Shown in pieces: positions 47,208 through 48,183 of a DNA stretch of 48,183 nucleotides. Source of the DNA: Pseudomonadota bacterium (GTDB lineage: Bacteria > Pseudomonadota > Alphaproteobacteria > Caulobacterales > Hyphomonadaceae). Every line of letters starts with the position of its first letter. The stretch's first letter is position 1. Under the pieces are notes generated by a model. The model was not told the DNA's origin. It did not search any database and was given only the letters and a program-made list of their open reading frames with translations. A program made the translations under genes and the position numbers. Location of the stretch: contig JBCCDF010000001.1 in assembly GCA_039030935.1 (NCBI GenBank), positions 1 through 48,183 on the forward strand, in the 5' to 3' direction.

Positions 47208-48183
47208 ATGACTGTTCAGGCAACACTTAAAGCAGCAATCCTCGGTGCTTCAGGGTATACAGGCGCTGAGACGGTTCGACTGCTTGCCGCACACCCGCAT
47301 GTCGATGCTGTCGCAGCAACGGGAAACAGTCTTGCAGGTAAGCAGCTCTCTGAGATTTTCCCTCATCTATCAGGCCCGACAGATTTACCAGTCATCAAAG
47401 CCGACGATGTCGAGTGGGACGATGTTGATATCGCTTTCTCTTGTCTACCGCATGGAACGAGTCAGGATCTCATCGAAACGTTGCCTTCGCATGTGAAAGT
47501 CATTGATCTCTCAGCAGATTATCGGCTTCGCAGCGCGGATCTGTACGCCCAAACCTATGGCCGTGATCACCTCAACCCGTCTCGGACTGCCGACACGAAG
47601 TATGGACTGTCGGAGTGGTGCGGCTCTGAGCTTGAAGGCGAAAGACTTGTTGCCTGTCCGGGCTGTTATCCAACCGCGACCTTGCTCGCTCTCTTGCCCC
47701 TCATGAAGGGCACGATCGACACAGACCACATTATCATCGACGCAAAGTCCGGCGTGTCCGGGGCAGGGCGTGGCCTGAAAGAAGGCAATCTGTTTTCTGA
47801 AGCTGCCGAGGGCACGCACGCTTATGGCGTCGGAACCCACCGTCATGCGCCTGAAATTGAGCAGGAACTCAACCTTCAGGCCGGACGAGATGATATCGGC
47901 GTGACGTTCACACCGCATCTTTTACCCATGACGCGCGGCGAACTGGTAACGTGTCATGTTCGCGGAGATGCAGATCAGATACAAACGGCTTTGGAAAAGG
48001 TCTATGACAAGGCACCCTTTGTGCAGGTCTTGCCTCTTGGAAGCCCACCCCCGGATACGCGTCATACACGCGGTACAAATGACTGTCGCATCGCTGTCTA
48101 TCCCGATCGTGTGAAGGGACGCACAGTCATTATTGCGGTCATCGATAATTTGATAAAAGGCTCCAGCGGTCAGGCGATCCAGA
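47208..48183 (+). CDS. argC: N-acetyl-gamma-glutamyl-phosphate reductase (3' end runs off the window)
   Basis: Hand translation from ATG at 47208: ILGASGYTGAE, CLPHG, IDLSADYR, PGCYPT, SGVSGAGR, HRHAPEIEQ, FTPHL.PM.RG and IDNL.KG.SGQA. Absent from the ORF track because it is truncated. Confidence 0.96.
   Translation, partial: MTVQATLKAAILGASGYTGAETVRLLAAHPHVDAVAATGNSLAGKQLSEIFPHLSGPTDLPVIKADDVEWDDVDIAFSCLPHGTSQDLIETLPSHVKVIDLSADYRLRSADLYAQTYGRDHLNPSRTADTKYGLSEWCGSELEGERLVACPGCYPTATLLALLPLMKGTIDTDHIIIDAKSGVSGAGRGLKEGNLFSEAAEGTHAYGVGTHRHAPEIEQELNLQAGRDDIGVTFTPHLLPMTRGELVTCHVRGDADQIQTALEKVYDKAPFVQVLPLGSPPPDTRHTRGTNDCRIAVYPDRVKGRTVIIAVIDNLIKGSSGQAIQ

Noticed and set aside
1-48183. CRISPR arrays, IS elements, prophage genes, rRNA
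   Set aside because: No regularly spaced repeats, transposase, integrase or phage motifs, or rRNA-like sequence were seen by eye.

Overview
Gene-dense, mostly core-genome window from an alphaproteobacterium. Gene content (TipF-like EAL protein, ast cluster with an M20 hydrolase, second GluRS, rplM-rpsI-argC) suggests a Caulobacterales/Hyphomonadaceae-like organism; this is inference. Contents in order: lipid A genes (waaA-lpxK-acyltransferase), a solo Hpt protein, chorismate mutase, sppA, tRNA-Gln(TTG), a TtpB/TtpC-type TonB cluster with two ExbD and two TonB genes, an arginine succinyltransferase cluster coupled to a methyltransferase and tgt, a lone DUF262-DUF1524 (GmrSD/SspE-like) gene, ribF-ileS-lspA with an M16 peptidase pair, PMM/PGM, cobB, gltX, LOG, an ATM1-type exporter, ctaA and rplM-rpsI-argC. 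No IS element, prophage or CRISPR array was seen. The best novelty candidates are regulatory or non-coding: (1) a leaderless 18-aa Ile-rich uORF using rare AUA codons, with a long hairpin, ahead of ileS; (2) an unannotated ~100-nt minus-strand sRNA candidate with its own promoter and terminator; (3) a duplicated tonB with its own promoter between two Zur-like 7-1-7 palindromes; (4) a ~230-nt switch-like leader of the TonB operon. Three intact ORFs look like pseudoenzymes (Psd-like, RNase Z/MBL-like lipoprotein, phytase-like lipoprotein). All calls come from reading motifs by eye; no searches were run.
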